DNA of 64,000 nt from an uncultured Acidobacteriota bacterium (lineage in GTDB: Bacteria > Acidobacteriota > UBA6911): positions 864,001-928,000 of the forward strand of contig CAWJKZ010000014.1 of NCBI GenBank assembly GCA_963843575.1, read 5' to 3'. Positions 46,264-57,030 of this stretch are shown here, in pieces (position 1 is the stretch's first letter; each line of letters starts with the position of its first letter). Below the pieces are notes generated by a model, which searched no databases, was not told the origin of the DNA, and saw only the letters and a program-made list of their open reading frames with translations. The translations under genes were made by a program, and so were the position numbers.

Positions 46264-49200
46264 GTGTCCCTGACGATGCTGACACGCGACCTCATCGTCC
46301 TGCGCGGCCGGCCCGTTCTGCCCGAGCCGCTAGAGGCGGTCGCGGAGGACGTCCGCCGCTCGTTTGTCTTCACCAACGATGCCGGTCGTGTGTGCACCCG
46401 GATCCTCGAGCGGGCCTCCGGCGCTGGATCGCAGAACCGGCCGCTGCTGCTTACTGGCCTGCCCGGATCCGGCAAGACCCACATCCTGCGTTACGTCGAA
46501 CTCCTGCTGGCCGAGCCGCAGGGCCCCGCCTGGGAGGACCCGTCCCCTGTCCTGCGGCAGGCACCCAGGCCCGTCAAACCGATCCGGTCCCTGTTTGTTC
46601 CGGTGCCTGCGAGCCCCCACGTCGACCTTGGTGCTTTTCTTCATGCCCGATTCTCGGCGGAGGAGGCCGCGGCCGCCCCGTCCGGAGGGCAGACCCGCAC
46701 CGCAGCGGAGCTGGCGAACTTCCTCGAAACGTTTGCGTCGCGCCTCGCGGCACGAGGCGTCGGGATGGTCGTCCTGGAGAACGTGTCCCGGAGGATCCGG
46801 GAGTCCCGGGACGCCGCGATCCTCGAGCGCGACCTCGAGCACTACGGCGCCGTCGCCCGCGGCTTTTCCCGAGGCGGCGTCCTGCTGGTGATGGTGATCG
46901 ACGAGGCTCACGTCCGGCGACGTCCGGGTTCGCGCCCGCTCCTGTCGTCGCTCCGGGAGCTGTGCGAGCCCCTGACGGTGAGCCGGAACAACCTGCTGCA
47001 GGTCATCGCCGCCACGGCCGTCAAGAACCCGACGCAACGCGTCGAGATCCGGAGGATCCTGGACGGCCTGCGCGCCGGGTTTCCGTCGTTCGGCCAGAAT
47101 GCGGACGATTTCATCGACCTCTATCCACTCCACGCCTCGGTGTTCGACACCCTGTTCCGGCTGCGAGCTCTCATCCCCGGGTTCTCTCCCCTGCATTTTA
47201 CCTACACCGCGTTGAAGGCGCGCCTGGACTCGCCCGCCTCCGGGATGATCACCGTGGACAGGTTTTTCGGCCTGGTCGAGCCCGAATTGAGACGGGCCGA
47301 CAGGGCCCGGGGCGCGCTGGCGGGCTATGACGAGTGCATGAGGCGCCTGGTGCCGCGGCTCGGCGCTCCCCTGCGCCCGGCGGCAGCAGCCCTGGTGAAA
47401 GCCCTTGCGCTCGGCAGCGCCTGTTCCCGCAAGGGGACGTCGGTCCGGGCCCTGGCCCACCAGTGCCTGCTGGAAGACCCGACCGGCGCCCTTTCGGGCT
47501 ACACCCTGGCTGCGGCGATCCTGGCCCAACTGGAAGAAACGGAAGACACCGCGCTGGCCGGCGCGGGAGAACGGCTGGAACGAACCTACCGTTTCCGCTC
47601 GCAGCCCTCCCCGGAGTCCGCCGGGCCCGATGGCCGGGCCACGCCCGCCGAACGGTTGAGCGCGAGCTTCCCCCTGATGTTGTTCGACTGGATCCAATTC
47701 GAGATCCCCGGCTGGAATCCCGGGGTGGGCGTGAAGCCCTTCAAAGGGCCGGAGTCGTGGAAGGTGCCGCTGCCTGAATTCGAGCCCGCCGTCAGCGGGA
47801 TGGTCTGCTTCAAGGGTCCCGACGACCCGCTCTGGTCCGACCGCGACATCGCCGGGTTGCGGGCCGGGAAAGCGTCGTGGGCGCTGCTGGTGCTCAGCCC
47901 GTTCGAGCGCTCGAGGGACCTCGAGCATCACCTGGCCCAACTCGCGGGCCGCTGGGACCGCCTGCTGATCTGGGAGCCCGCGGCCCCGACTCCGCACGAA
48001 TTGCGGCGTCTGCAGAGGGCCGCGCCCGCCTACCCGTTGCCGCCCCGCGCTTCGGCGGGACGTGCGAGGGCGAAGGCGACGGCGCGCCGGACGCTCGGCT
48101 CGCTCTACGTGTCCAGGGGCACGTTCCGGAACGCCTCGGACCGATGGCCGATTGCCGAGGAAGTCTCCGCCTCCAACCTCGCGCTGTGTCTTTCCAGGAA
48201 TCTCGCCTCGCTGCTCGGGACGGACGTCTCGGTTCTCGCCGGCTCCGTGGCCGCACCCGGCACGGACGGGCAGGGCCCCGGGCCCGAGGCACGTTGGGCG
48301 GCGCTCATGCCGGGGCCCGCGGGCGCACCGAACGGGAAATACGCCGAGCAGGACCTGCTCGCGTGGTGGGCGGCCCGGCTGGAGGTCGACTGCCCGGCGC
48401 TGGTTGCGAAACTGCACGCGCTCCCCGAAGGCATGCTGACCACCAGGATGTGGGACGAGATCCGTGTCTTTGAAGGCTCGCTCGGCCTGATGCGATCGGT
48501 GTTTCAGCGGCTGCGCATGGGGGAGATCTCGCTCCTGGACGCGCTCCGGCAGGTTGCGCATCACTTCGGAAACGACGAGGCGCGCGTCGCCCGCTGGCGC
48601 GCGTCCCTCGACGGCCTCGCGGCGCTCGCCCGCTGGGTCCCTGCCTACGAGCACGCACACGATTATCTCTCGGCCGCACTCGGAACGGGCAGCAGCGTCA
48701 TCGACGGGAAGCGGAACACCCTGCTCGATTGCGCCCGCCAGCCACACGACTTCCTACAGTCGAACCGGCGTGACCTGTTTGACGCGGAGTTCCTCGATTT
48801 CAAGAGGGAATACATCGAGGCCTACGCGGCCGCGCACCAGGATGCGCTCGGGCGCCTGCACGCGAAAATCGACTCGACCTCGCTCCGCACCCTCGAATTG
48901 CTCTCCGGCCTCCCCGGCGCCGACGCGACGAACTGGCATAAGGTGAAACTGATCGGGCGCTGGGCCCGGCGAAACCAGTGCGACCTGCCCGCCCGCGAAA
49001 TCCTCGAACGCTACCCACGCTGCTACTGCAACTTCAATCCCGCCGTCAGGCAGCACCTGCCCGATCCCGGAAGCCAGATCAACAGGCTCGTCCGCGACGG
49101 CATCGAGCAGTTCCGCAAGGCCCTGCGCAACGCGCGCAAGGTGATCATCGAAGAAGTGGGAAAACTGGAGGAGGAGACGGATGCGAGCCGGCAGATTGCC

Positions 49201-49329
49201 GCGCTGATCAGCGTTTCCCCCCTGGCCCCCGTCGGGCCCGAGTGCATCGAGATCCTCGCGCGCATCATCCAGGACCACCCCGAACCGTTTTCCCGGGACT
49301 TCTCCGCCACCCGGCCGGCGTCGCTGTGA
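46264..49329 (+). CDS. DUF6079/BrxC-like large P-loop protein, divergent
   Basis: Walker A GLPGSGKT; F..LYPLH..FDTL segment; C-terminal C-x13-CxC; SD AAGGAGG overlapping the upstream stop. Family recognised from memory. Confidence 0.65.
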   Translation: MSLTMLTRDLIVLRGRPVLPEPLEAVAEDVRRSFVFTNDAGRVCTRILERASGAGSQNRPLLLTGLPGSGKTHILRYVELLLAEPQGPAWEDPSPVLRQAPRPVKPIRSLFVPVPASPHVDLGAFLHARFSAEEAAAAPSGGQTRTAAELANFLETFASRLAARGVGMVVLENVSRRIRESRDAAILERDLEHYGAVARGFSRGGVLLVMVIDEAHVRRRPGSRPLLSSLRELCEPLTVSRNNLLQVIAATAVKNPTQRVEIRRILDGLRAGFPSFGQNADDFIDLYPLHASVFDTLFRLRALIPGFSPLHFTYTALKARLDSPASGMITVDRFFGLVEPELRRADRARGALAGYDECMRRLVPRLGAPLRPAAAALVKALALGSACSRKGTSVRALAHQCLLEDPTGALSGYTLAAAILAQLEETEDTALAGAGERLERTYRFRSQPSPESAGPDGRATPAERLSASFPLMLFDWIQFEIPGWNPGVGVKPFKGPESWKVPLPEFEPAVSGMVCFKGPDDPLWSDRDIAGLRAGKASWALLVLSPFERSRDLEHHLAQLAGRWDRLLIWEPAAPTPHELRRLQRAAPAYPLPPRASAGRARAKATARRTLGSLYVSRGTFRNASDRWPIAEEVSASNLALCLSRNLASLLGTDVSVLAGSVAAPGTDGQGPGPEARWAALMPGPAGAPNGKYAEQDLLAWWAARLEVDCPALVAKLHALPEGMLTTRMWDEIRVFEGSLGLMRSVFQRLRMGEISLLDALRQVAHHFGNDEARVARWRASLDGLAALARWVPAYEHAHDYLSAALGTGSSVIDGKRNTLLDCARQPHDFLQSNRRDLFDAEFLDFKREYIEAYAAAHQDALGRLHAKIDSTSLRTLELLSGLPGADATNWHKVKLIGRWARRNQCDLPAREILERYPRCYCNFNPAVRQHLPDPGSQINRLVRDGIEQFRKALRNARKVIIEEVGKLEEETDASRQIAALISVSPLAPVGPECIEILARIIQDHPEPFSRDFSATRPASL

Positions 49330-49393
49330 ACCTCGGGCCGCAGGAAGCGTCTCAGCGCCGCCCCGCGCATGGGGGTCAGGTGCGACCGACCGG

Positions 49394-50131
49394 CTAGCAG
49401 AAGGGCTGCAGGCACCTTGCCATGCGGACCAAGTCCGCCGGGAAGCGCAGTCCGCTTTCGAGCCGCTCGGCTTCATCGACCAGGCTTGGCCGTTCGGCGC
49501 ACATGGGGGCGAACGCCACCGCGTTGTGTGAACGCCGACCATGCAGGACCGACACCGGACCCACAACGGCCTGAATGGTCGAAAGCAGCGTCCGGTATCC
49601 CGCCTTGTCGCCGGTCATGCAGTTGACGGCCAACACTCCGCGTTCCGAGAGGCGGCACCGGACGTCCCCGAAGAACTCGCGCGAGGTGCACTGGGCCGGC
49701 ATCGTTTCGCCCATGTAGGCATCGAGCACGATGATGTCGTACCGGGTCTGGCAGCGCGCCAGGTAAGCCGCCGCGTCCTCGAGGTGGACGAGGAGATCCT
49801 GGAACTCCCCCATGCCGAAGAACCTGCGGGCCACCTCCAGGACCACCGGGTCGATCTCCACGGCATCGATGCGCAGGCCGGGTTTCGCCGCCAGCAGCAT
49901 GCGGGGTATGGAGCCGCCGCCGAGCCCGAGTACCAGGGCCGACTGCGCCGCGGGGCTGAAGGCAAGAGCCAGGAGCGTGTTGCGCGCGTACTCGAGACCG
50001 GGCTGGTGCGGGGCGCCCAGATCCAGCACGGTGTGGCGCACGCCGTTCGGGGACCACAGGGTCACCACGGTCCCGTCCCGGGTGACCACCAGGTCGTGCA
50101 CCAGTCCCTTGACGCGATGGAGCGTTTTCAT
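49394..50131 (-). CDS. Spermidine-synthase-like SAM-dependent methyltransferase
   Basis: LVLGLGGG, VEIDP, YDIIVLDAY, GVLAVN. Confidence 0.82.
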   Translation of the reverse strand: MKTLHRVKGLVHDLVVTRDGTVVTLWSPNGVRHTVLDLGAPHQPGLEYARNTLLALAFSPAAQSALVLGLGGGSIPRMLLAAKPGLRIDAVEIDPVVLEVARRFFGMGEFQDLLVHLEDAAAYLARCQTRYDIIVLDAYMGETMPAQCTSREFFGDVRCRLSERGVLAVNCMTGDKAGYRTLLSTIQAVVGPVSVLHGRRSHNAVAFAPMCAERPSLVDEAERLESGLRFPADLVRMARCLQPFC

Positions 50132-50513
50132 CGGCTTCTCCAGATCGTACCTTTTTGGGGTCTTCTTGTCCTCTATCGCGTATTGCCCAGTTCGTTTTCG
50201 CAGATCGAAGGTTGGCGATCTGCCGGCCACGTGCCGGCGATGAGCGTGGCCGTGCCGCGCACCCGCTCGGAACGGGCGGCGAACATCGGGCGCGAGGCAT
50301 CGCATGGACGATGCCGCACAAGCCGCCGGGGACGAACGACAGGGCTGCGTTCCAAGGACCGTCACTATCACGCACAAAAGATGAGTACTCGTGTTTATAA
50401 ATATGCTGACGTCGCCAACGGCGCTGATCGCCATGCTGGTCTTGGAAAGCCGCACCCGTCTGCCATTCGAGGAGGCTTTGCGCGTGCGCGCCGGCGACGG
50501 CTTCGCTACATGC

Positions 50514-50542
50514 TTGCCAACTCCGCGCCAGCCAGATAATAT
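50514..50542 (+). promoter_or_regulatory. sigma70 promoter
   Basis: TTGCCA-17-TAATAT, then SD GAGAGG and ATG 50563. Confidence 0.6.
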
Positions 50543-50562
50543 CCGGCGAGAGAGGATCACCT

Positions 50563-51184
50563 ATGACTCACTCCCTAACTGGAATGAAGGTTTTGGTGGC
50601 GCTGGCGCTCTGCGTGTTTGCGGGTACGGTCCGCGGGGGGGAGCCGCAGGGCGATTGGAAGCCGCTGATGGACGGCAAGACACTTGCCGGCTGGCATCCG
50701 GTGGGCGATGGCAAGTGGACGGTCGAGGACGGGGCCTTTCGTCGGGCGGGCCAACAACGAGAAGCTGTACGGGTTGTTGGTCAGCGACAAGATGTTCCGG
50801 GACTTCACCGTGCGGTTCAAGTTCAAGTGCCTCTCGGGCGACAGCGGATTCTACATCCGCACGATCATCAAGGAACCGGAAAAGGCGAACGGGCTACAGG
50901 TGCAGGTCGGCCGAGTCAAGAGCGGTGTGGGCGGGATCTACGAGAGTTACGGGCGAGCCTGGATCAGCAAGCCGTCGGACGAACTCGAGAAGTCCTATAC
51001 CAGGGATGACCAATGGAACGAGATGGTCATCGACGCGCACGGCGGAAACGTGGTGGTCCAGGTGAACGGCATCAAGAGCGCCGAGTTGAAAGACGACCCC
51101 AGCCGGCCCGAAGGCCACTTCGCGCTGCAAATGCACTCGGGCACCGTGATGCACGTCCTGTTTAAAGACATCGAAATCAAGTAG
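50563..51184 (+). CDS. DUF1080 secreted protein (frameshift near 50738)
   Basis: LMDGKTLAGW, WTVEDG, DSGFYIR, WNEM, GHFALQMH, FKDIEIK. Confidence 0.85.
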
Positions 51185-51196
51185 GACATCACCCGC

Positions 51197-53053
51197 TTAG
51201 GGTCCGGGAAGGGCGAACACCACCACGGAAGTGCCCGCCGCTGTGCCGATGAACTGCCTGCCGCGGGCACTGTAGGTCATCGGCGACGATTTCCACGACT
51301 GGTTCGCCCGGAATGCCCAGCGAGGGGCGCCGGTGCGTGCATCCACGGCCACAAAGTCCCCGTTGTCATGGCCGAAAAATAGGAGGCCGCCAGCCGTGGC
51401 CAGTGCTCCGCTCCAGGTGCGAGCGGGCCCCTCCATGGGTAGTTCCCACGCAATCCTGCCGGTCTGAAGTTCGATCGCCCGCATCACTTTCCGGCTGCTC
51501 TCGCCGGGCACCTTTTTCGAATCGCCGCCATAGTACGACTGTCCCGCCGCCCATACGGCTGCGGACTTGCGGGTGATGCTGCAGCCTTCCAGGGCCATCA
51601 CGTAGTAGAGACCAGTCCCGGGATCATAGGCATGCGACATCCAGTTGGTCGCACCCTCGACAGGCGGACAGACCTTCGTGCCTTCTGCCGACGGTTCCAC
51701 GCCGGGCACAAGCACGGGACGGCCCGAAGCGTCGATCTTCGTCGCCCAGTTCAGTTTGTTCACAAACGGCTCGGCACGAAGCGGCTTCCCGTTCGTCCGG
51801 TCCAGCACGTAGAAGAACCCATTGCGGTTCGCCTGCACCAGCAGTTTGCGCGATCTGCCTTGCCAGTTCGCGTCGAGCACCATCGGGGTCTGCTGCGCAT
51901 CCCAGTCCCAGAGGTCGTGCGGCGTGAACTGGAAGTACCAGCGCAGCTTGCCCGTCGCCCGCTCCAGAGCCAGCACTGAATCCGAGTAGAGATTGTCCCC
52001 CTGGCGCTCCTCGCCATTGAAGTCGGGGCAAGGGTTTCCGGTCGGCCAGAAGACGAGGTCCAGTTCCGGGTCGAAGGTGCCGGTCAGCCAGGTAGAGGCG
52101 CAGCCGTGCTCCAGCGCTTTTCCCTGCCATGTCTCCGAAAGCGGCTCGCCCGGCTTGGGGATGGTCCAGAATTTCCAGACCGGCTCGCCGGTCGCCGCCT
52201 GGTAGGCGGCTACGAACCCGCGCACGCCCTCATCGCCGCCTGACACTCCCGTGATTACCAGGTCGCCCACCACCAGGGGCGCCGAGGTCACGCCGTAGTT
52301 CTGCCGCCAGTCCGCAATCTCGATCTCCCAGCGGATGCGTCCGGACTCCCGGTCCAGCGCAAGGAGGTGGGCGTTGTCCGTCGCGAGAAAGACGCTGTCT
52401 CCCAGGACTGCCACGCCTCGATTGATGCCGCCGCCGGCGTCACCGGCGACTCCTTCCGTCCGGTTGCGACGAAAATGCCAGATCTGCCGCCCCGTTTCCG
52501 CATCGAGGGCGAAAGCCTCGTTCGGCCCCGTTATAAACATCGTCCCGTCGAAGACCACCGGCGTCGTCTCCAGGCGCGCGGAGCCTGGGATCGGGAACAT
52601 CCACTCCATCCGCAACCGTCGCACGTTCGTGAGATTGATCTGCCGCAGCGGGCTGTAACGGTTCCCACTCGGGACGCCGTTGTAGTTCGGCCAGGAACCC
52701 TCGGGGGGAGCCGCAAGCTCCGCGGCCGTCGGCCCACGGCTCTTCATAGGGGCTTGAGCCGGCGTCACGCGCTGAGCGATGCTGCGCAGGTAGGCCACCA
52801 CCACGTCGACCTGTGGATTCGTCATACGCGTGCCCGGCATTCCCCCGCCGGGTAGCCCATTGCGGATCAGCCCGGGTAGGTCAGTGCGGCTTTCCAGATT
52901 ACTCGCCGTGATGTCCGGACCACGCTCACCACCCCTTCCATCGGCCCCGTGGCAGGACGCGCAGTGCCGGCTGAACAAACGGCGCCCCTCCTCAATTCCA
53001 CCGACTTGCGCGAAGGCCATGCCGGTCACCATCAACGCAATGACCAAACTCAT
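51197..53053 (-). CDS. Cytochrome c-fused PQQ-type beta-propeller dehydrogenase
   Basis: CASCH heme motif, RYSPL.QIN, ETTP, NRGVA, TGNP, HDLWDWD, NRNGFFYVLDR, GATNW. Confidence 0.88.
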   Translation of the reverse strand: MSLVIALMVTGMAFAQVGGIEEGRRLFSRHCASCHGADGRGGERGPDITASNLESRTDLPGLIRNGLPGGGMPGTRMTNPQVDVVVAYLRSIAQRVTPAQAPMKSRGPTAAELAAPPEGSWPNYNGVPSGNRYSPLRQINLTNVRRLRMEWMFPIPGSARLETTPVVFDGTMFITGPNEAFALDAETGRQIWHFRRNRTEGVAGDAGGGINRGVAVLGDSVFLATDNAHLLALDRESGRIRWEIEIADWRQNYGVTSAPLVVGDLVITGVSGGDEGVRGFVAAYQAATGEPVWKFWTIPKPGEPLSETWQGKALEHGCASTWLTGTFDPELDLVFWPTGNPCPDFNGEERQGDNLYSDSVLALERATGKLRWYFQFTPHDLWDWDAQQTPMVLDANWQGRSRKLLVQANRNGFFYVLDRTNGKPLRAEPFVNKLNWATKIDASGRPVLVPGVEPSAEGTKVCPPVEGATNWMSHAYDPGTGLYYVMALEGCSITRKSAAVWAAGQSYYGGDSKKVPGESSRKVMRAIELQTGRIAWELPMEGPARTWSGALATAGGLLFFGHDNGDFVAVDARTGAPRWAFRANQSWKSSPMTYSARGRQFIGTAAGTSVVVFALPGP

Positions 53054-53624
53054 CGATCCCCCTGTGACCCCGAAGGGTTGAAAGCCTGCCCCGCGCAATC
53101 TGGAATGCGGCGACTCGCCTGACTATACGCATCTTCACCAGAACACACCGAACGGCATGGTCGGACCCGCAACGGCGGCGCCGAGCCGCCGCACTTTAGA
53201 CAAGCTGACAGCTCGGTGCGGGCGGCTGGCACCCTGTCTTCCCAATTGGGTTGCGGTCCAGGCCGCCCCGTGCGATTCCAACCACTGGTGAACGAAAATA
53301 GCTTCGGCACTAAAGTGGTCTCCGCGCGTTGGTCTGGATTCGTGACCATGCAGTTTTCGCATAGGTCAGAAGATTATACCCTCACGCCAGAACCATTCTT
53401 GAGAGAAGTAGTCCCCAACAGTTCCGGACCGGGTGCACCCTCCGGCACCACCCTGCCCTGCTCGTCCTCGATTAACGAAGGAGAGCGGCGCGTCAGCCGC
53501 TTCAACCATTCCTGAGCAGGTCATTTTCCCGAAGCCCTGATGTGGGAAATATCCCCGGGCATTCCTACCGTCGGGACTCCTTCTACTTTACATCGACGCT
53601 GCCCTCAATTTCTAATATGCAATC

Positions 53625-54063
53625 ATGAATGATGCGACCATCGTTGTGGCGGGCGTCACTGGTCATCTCGGCGGACGCATCATTCGGGCTTTGCTCGAAC
53701 GGGGAGCCGCCGTCAGAGCGCGCTGGTTCGCCGCGGCACTGTCCCAGACAAGCTTCAGCGGCACCAGCAGATCGGTGTCACGATTGCCACCGTCGACTTC
53801 GGCAGCGTTCCCCAGGTTACAGACGCCTGCTCGTCTGCGTGCTGCGTGGTATCCGCGCTGCAGGGTTGCGGGACGTGATGCTGGAAAGGCAGACGGTTCT
53901 GCTCGAGGCTGCGATCAAGGCCGGCATTCCACGTTTCATCCCGTCCGACTACTCGATCGACTTCACGAAGTTTCCACCCGGCGAGAATCGCGGGCCCCTT
54001 TGGATGTCCGCAGCAAAGTTCTTGATGATGATGGATCCCCAAGACATCGGCAACAGGCGATAG
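53625..54063 (+). pseudogene. Truncated NmrA-like NAD(P)-binding protein
   Basis: VAGVTGHLG and RFIPSDYS in different frames; similarity ends after GENR. Confidence 0.7.
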
Positions 54064-54267
54064 ATGCGCGCGTCTTGGGATTTGAGTTCGACAAAAGCTT
54101 CATGGCTGCGGAAAGTCTGCTCGCAGCGTGCAGCCGCAGTCCAACAGGGCTGCTCGCGATCCAATCACTTATGAGTCACGGATAAAATCTGCGCCGCAAA
54201 CGAATTTCGTTTTGCTAGACCAAACCGACTGAAGTGATATCCTGTTCGCCGACTGGAGGAAACAACT

Positions 54268-55620
54268 ATGAAGATAGCAGAACAACCGATCGAGACCACA
54301 TCCACCAACCGTCGCGGTTTTCTAAGGACATCAGCCACCGTGGCCGGCACCGCATTGATCGGCGCGCTGGACGTCGGCCGCTTCGCCCACGCGGCGGAGA
54401 GCAGCACCATCAAGCTCGGCCTCATCGGCTGCGGCGGACGCGGCACCGGCGCCGCCGGCGACGCGCTGACGGGCGACCCGGGCACCAAGCTCTGGGCCGT
54501 CGCCGACATCTTCGCCGGACAAGATCGAGACCGCCATCAAGACGCTGACTGCCGATGTTCCCGGACCGGATTCAGGTTCCCGCGAGAGCGACAGTTCACC
54601 GGACTGAACGGCTATCGCGGCGTCATCGAAAACTGCGACGTCGTGCTGATCGCCTGCGCCTCGCGCTTCCACCCGGAATATGCGCTGGCGGCCGTGCAGG
54701 CGAAGAAGCACGTGTTCGTCGAGAAACCCGCCGGAGTGGATGTCGCCGGCATCCGCAAGATTCTGGAGGCCGACGAACTGTCCAAGAAGAACGGCACGGG
54801 CGTGCTGGCCGGCGTGACCTACCGTTATCACCTCGGCCGGCGCGAGGCGGTCCAGCGCATGCAGGCGGGCGAGATCGGCGACATCGTCGCCATCCAGTGC
54901 GACTTACCTGCGCGGACCCTACCGGTTGATCGAGCGCCAGCCGGAATGGAGCGAGATGGAGTACCAGTTCCGCAATTGGTATCACTTCACGTGGCTCTCG
55001 CGGCGACGACATCCCCCAGTCGCTCATCCACAATCTCGACTCGGCCTTGTGGGCGCTCGGCGACGTGATGCCGGAGGCAGGCCTACGGCATGGGCGGGCG
55101 CTCGACGCATTTCCAGGCCTCGATGGGCACCTCGTTCGACCATCACCATGTCACGTATGAGTACGCCGACGGCCGCTGCATCTACGGCTCCTGCCGGACC
55201 GCGGTCGGCTGTTACGGCTCCAACAAGGACGTGCTTCCACGGCACCAAAGGCCGCTGCCACTTCGCGGCCTTCGAGCGCGCCGTATTTCACCGATCTCAA
55301 AGGCAACGTCACGTGGCGCGCGGATGCCGCGTTGTCGAAGAAGTCGCCCTACGAGCAGGAACACCTGGAGTTTCTGCAATCCATCCGCGCGGGCAAACCG
55401 TTTCAGCGCGCGAAGGTTCTGGCCGACTCGACCATGGCGACCGTGCTGGGCCAAATGGCGGTCTATTCCGGCCAGAAGATTACGTGGAAGGAAGCTCTGG
55501 ATTCCAAGTTCGCCTTCCCGCCGCCGGGCGAGATCACGATGAACACGGAACCGCCGGTGAAGCCCGGGCGCCGACGGCATCTATCCAGTCGCCATCCCCG
55601 GCCAAACCAAGCTGGTGTAA
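54268..55620 (+). CDS. Tat-exported Gfo/Idh/MocA oxidoreductase (several frameshifts)
   Basis: NRRGFL, GLIGCGGRG, HVFVEKP, RNWYHF.WLS, IHNLD. Confidence 0.82.
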
Positions 55621-55789
55621 GAGCTGTGACGGTGAAAAACGGAATCATGGGACCGGATTCATAACAAGGGGGTCCGCCCCGACGCTCTCATTCCCTGCTT
55701 GAACCAGCCGCCTCACGGAATACCGGCGACTCGCAGGGGTTGAACCGGAGAGCGGTGTCGGCACGAGCAATGGAGGGTCTCAAACCGGT

Positions 55790-56142
55790 CGTCCCTGCCA
55801 GAAACTCCCTAGAGATTTCGCTCCGGCGCCATTTGGTTTCTTATCTTGTATTATTACCACGGTACACGAAGGATTCCCCGGACGGCAGGGCCGTGCAACC
55901 GCCGGAGATAGGTGAGATCTTTGCGCTTCCCAAAGTAGGCGGACTTCATCATCGATACGAGCGTAGAGCCGCTTGAAACCATTCGCCGCCTGAAATATTA
56001 CGCCCGGTGCAACGCCCTCTGCCGGAGATCCGCCAACCTCTTCCCAACGCAGCAGAATCCCATTAGAGCGTCTGTTGATTTGTGCATCCAAAGCCGCCTC
56101 AAACCGGCAGAGACCCCCTAAATCGAGTTTTCAGGAGCCACA
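55790..56142 (+). mobile_element. Internally deleted insertion sequence remnant (integrase-core type)
   Basis: Coding tail GEIFALPKVGGLHHRYERRAA-stop (55976) typical of rve-type transposases; weak IRs ..GAAACTC / GAGTTTTCAGGAGCCACA (11/18). Confidence 0.55.
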
Positions 56143-56276
56143 ACCAGCAGAATAATCAGCGGTTCACGCACACCCCGGCCCTCCGGCACGAATTGCTGGT
56201 TACCGGGTTCAAAAAAAGCCTGCTCATATAGGGCGGAGCGATTGTCTCTAGCGTCTGGAGCGATTTGCCAAGGCAC

Positions 56277-56477
56277 TCATTTCTTGGGGTCCTTTACGGC
56301 GTCCTTCACTTTCTCGCTCGTCTTGTCGATCTGATCTCCGGCTTTTTCTACTGCCTTATCGACCTTCTTGCCGGCTTTCTCGACCGGGCCCTCTTTCGTG
56401 CAACCCGACAGCCCCACCATCAGGACGATCATCATCAACGCTATGATGATACTTTGAACAAATTGCTTCATTTGCAT
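56277..56477 (-). CDS. Small Lys-rich lipoprotein
   Basis: Lipobox LSGC, then EGPVEKAGKKVDKAVEKAGDQID; SD GAGGAGG. Confidence 0.82.
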   Translation of the reverse strand: MQMKQFVQSIIIALMMIVLMVGLSGCTKEGPVEKAGKKVDKAVEKAGDQIDKTSEKVKDAVKDPKK

Positions 56478-56893
56478 CCTCCTCTCAGTCTGAGGTCTCA
56501 TCTCAACCATGTGTGCCGGCTTTTCCCAGCTTCCCCTGTCATCTCCCTGGCTTGGGTCACGATAGACCGCACCTTTTGCAGGTTCATCCCCGCTATACCT
56601 TCTGCCGAATACCGGCGGAAACGCACTCGCCGCCCCACCACACGTCGCCTGCGATCCATATTGCGCGGAACATTGCGATGCGGCCCCGTATCACCAGCGA
56701 CCATTATATAACCACCACAAAGAGAGGGTGTCTGTGCAATATTGCTCAGAGGTATGCTTGATACTGCTCAAAAGGGTCGTCCGCATCCAGGATCTGCCGC
56801 CGAGCGGACCTATTATTCGGATATTGCTGGGAACCGCCAGCCGTGCAGCTTCCCCCATCATCCCCACGGTGCTTCCAATAACCTATAGGTGTT

Positions 56894-56954
56894 CATAAGT
56901 GAACAGACGTGTGGCCATAAGTGAACTGACGTCCGTCCCCGCCACGTCCATAAT
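56894..56954 (+). promoter_or_regulatory. Tandem 17-bp repeats overlapping a promoter
   Basis: CATAAGTGAACwGACGT at 56894 and 56916; CTGACG-17-CATAAT. Confidence 0.6.
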
Positions 56955-57030
56955 AGTGCAGATGGGGAAGTGGCGGGACGGTCACAACGACCAGTCCACC
57001 GAGTTCCTCCGATGAGTGGTGAGGAAAGAT

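Noticed and set aside
43699-48747. Long minus-strand ORFs (692 aa, 805 aa) and similar ones opposite clpX, lon, rho and trpB
   Set aside because: Shadow ORFs opposite recognisable genes, with no domain motifs.
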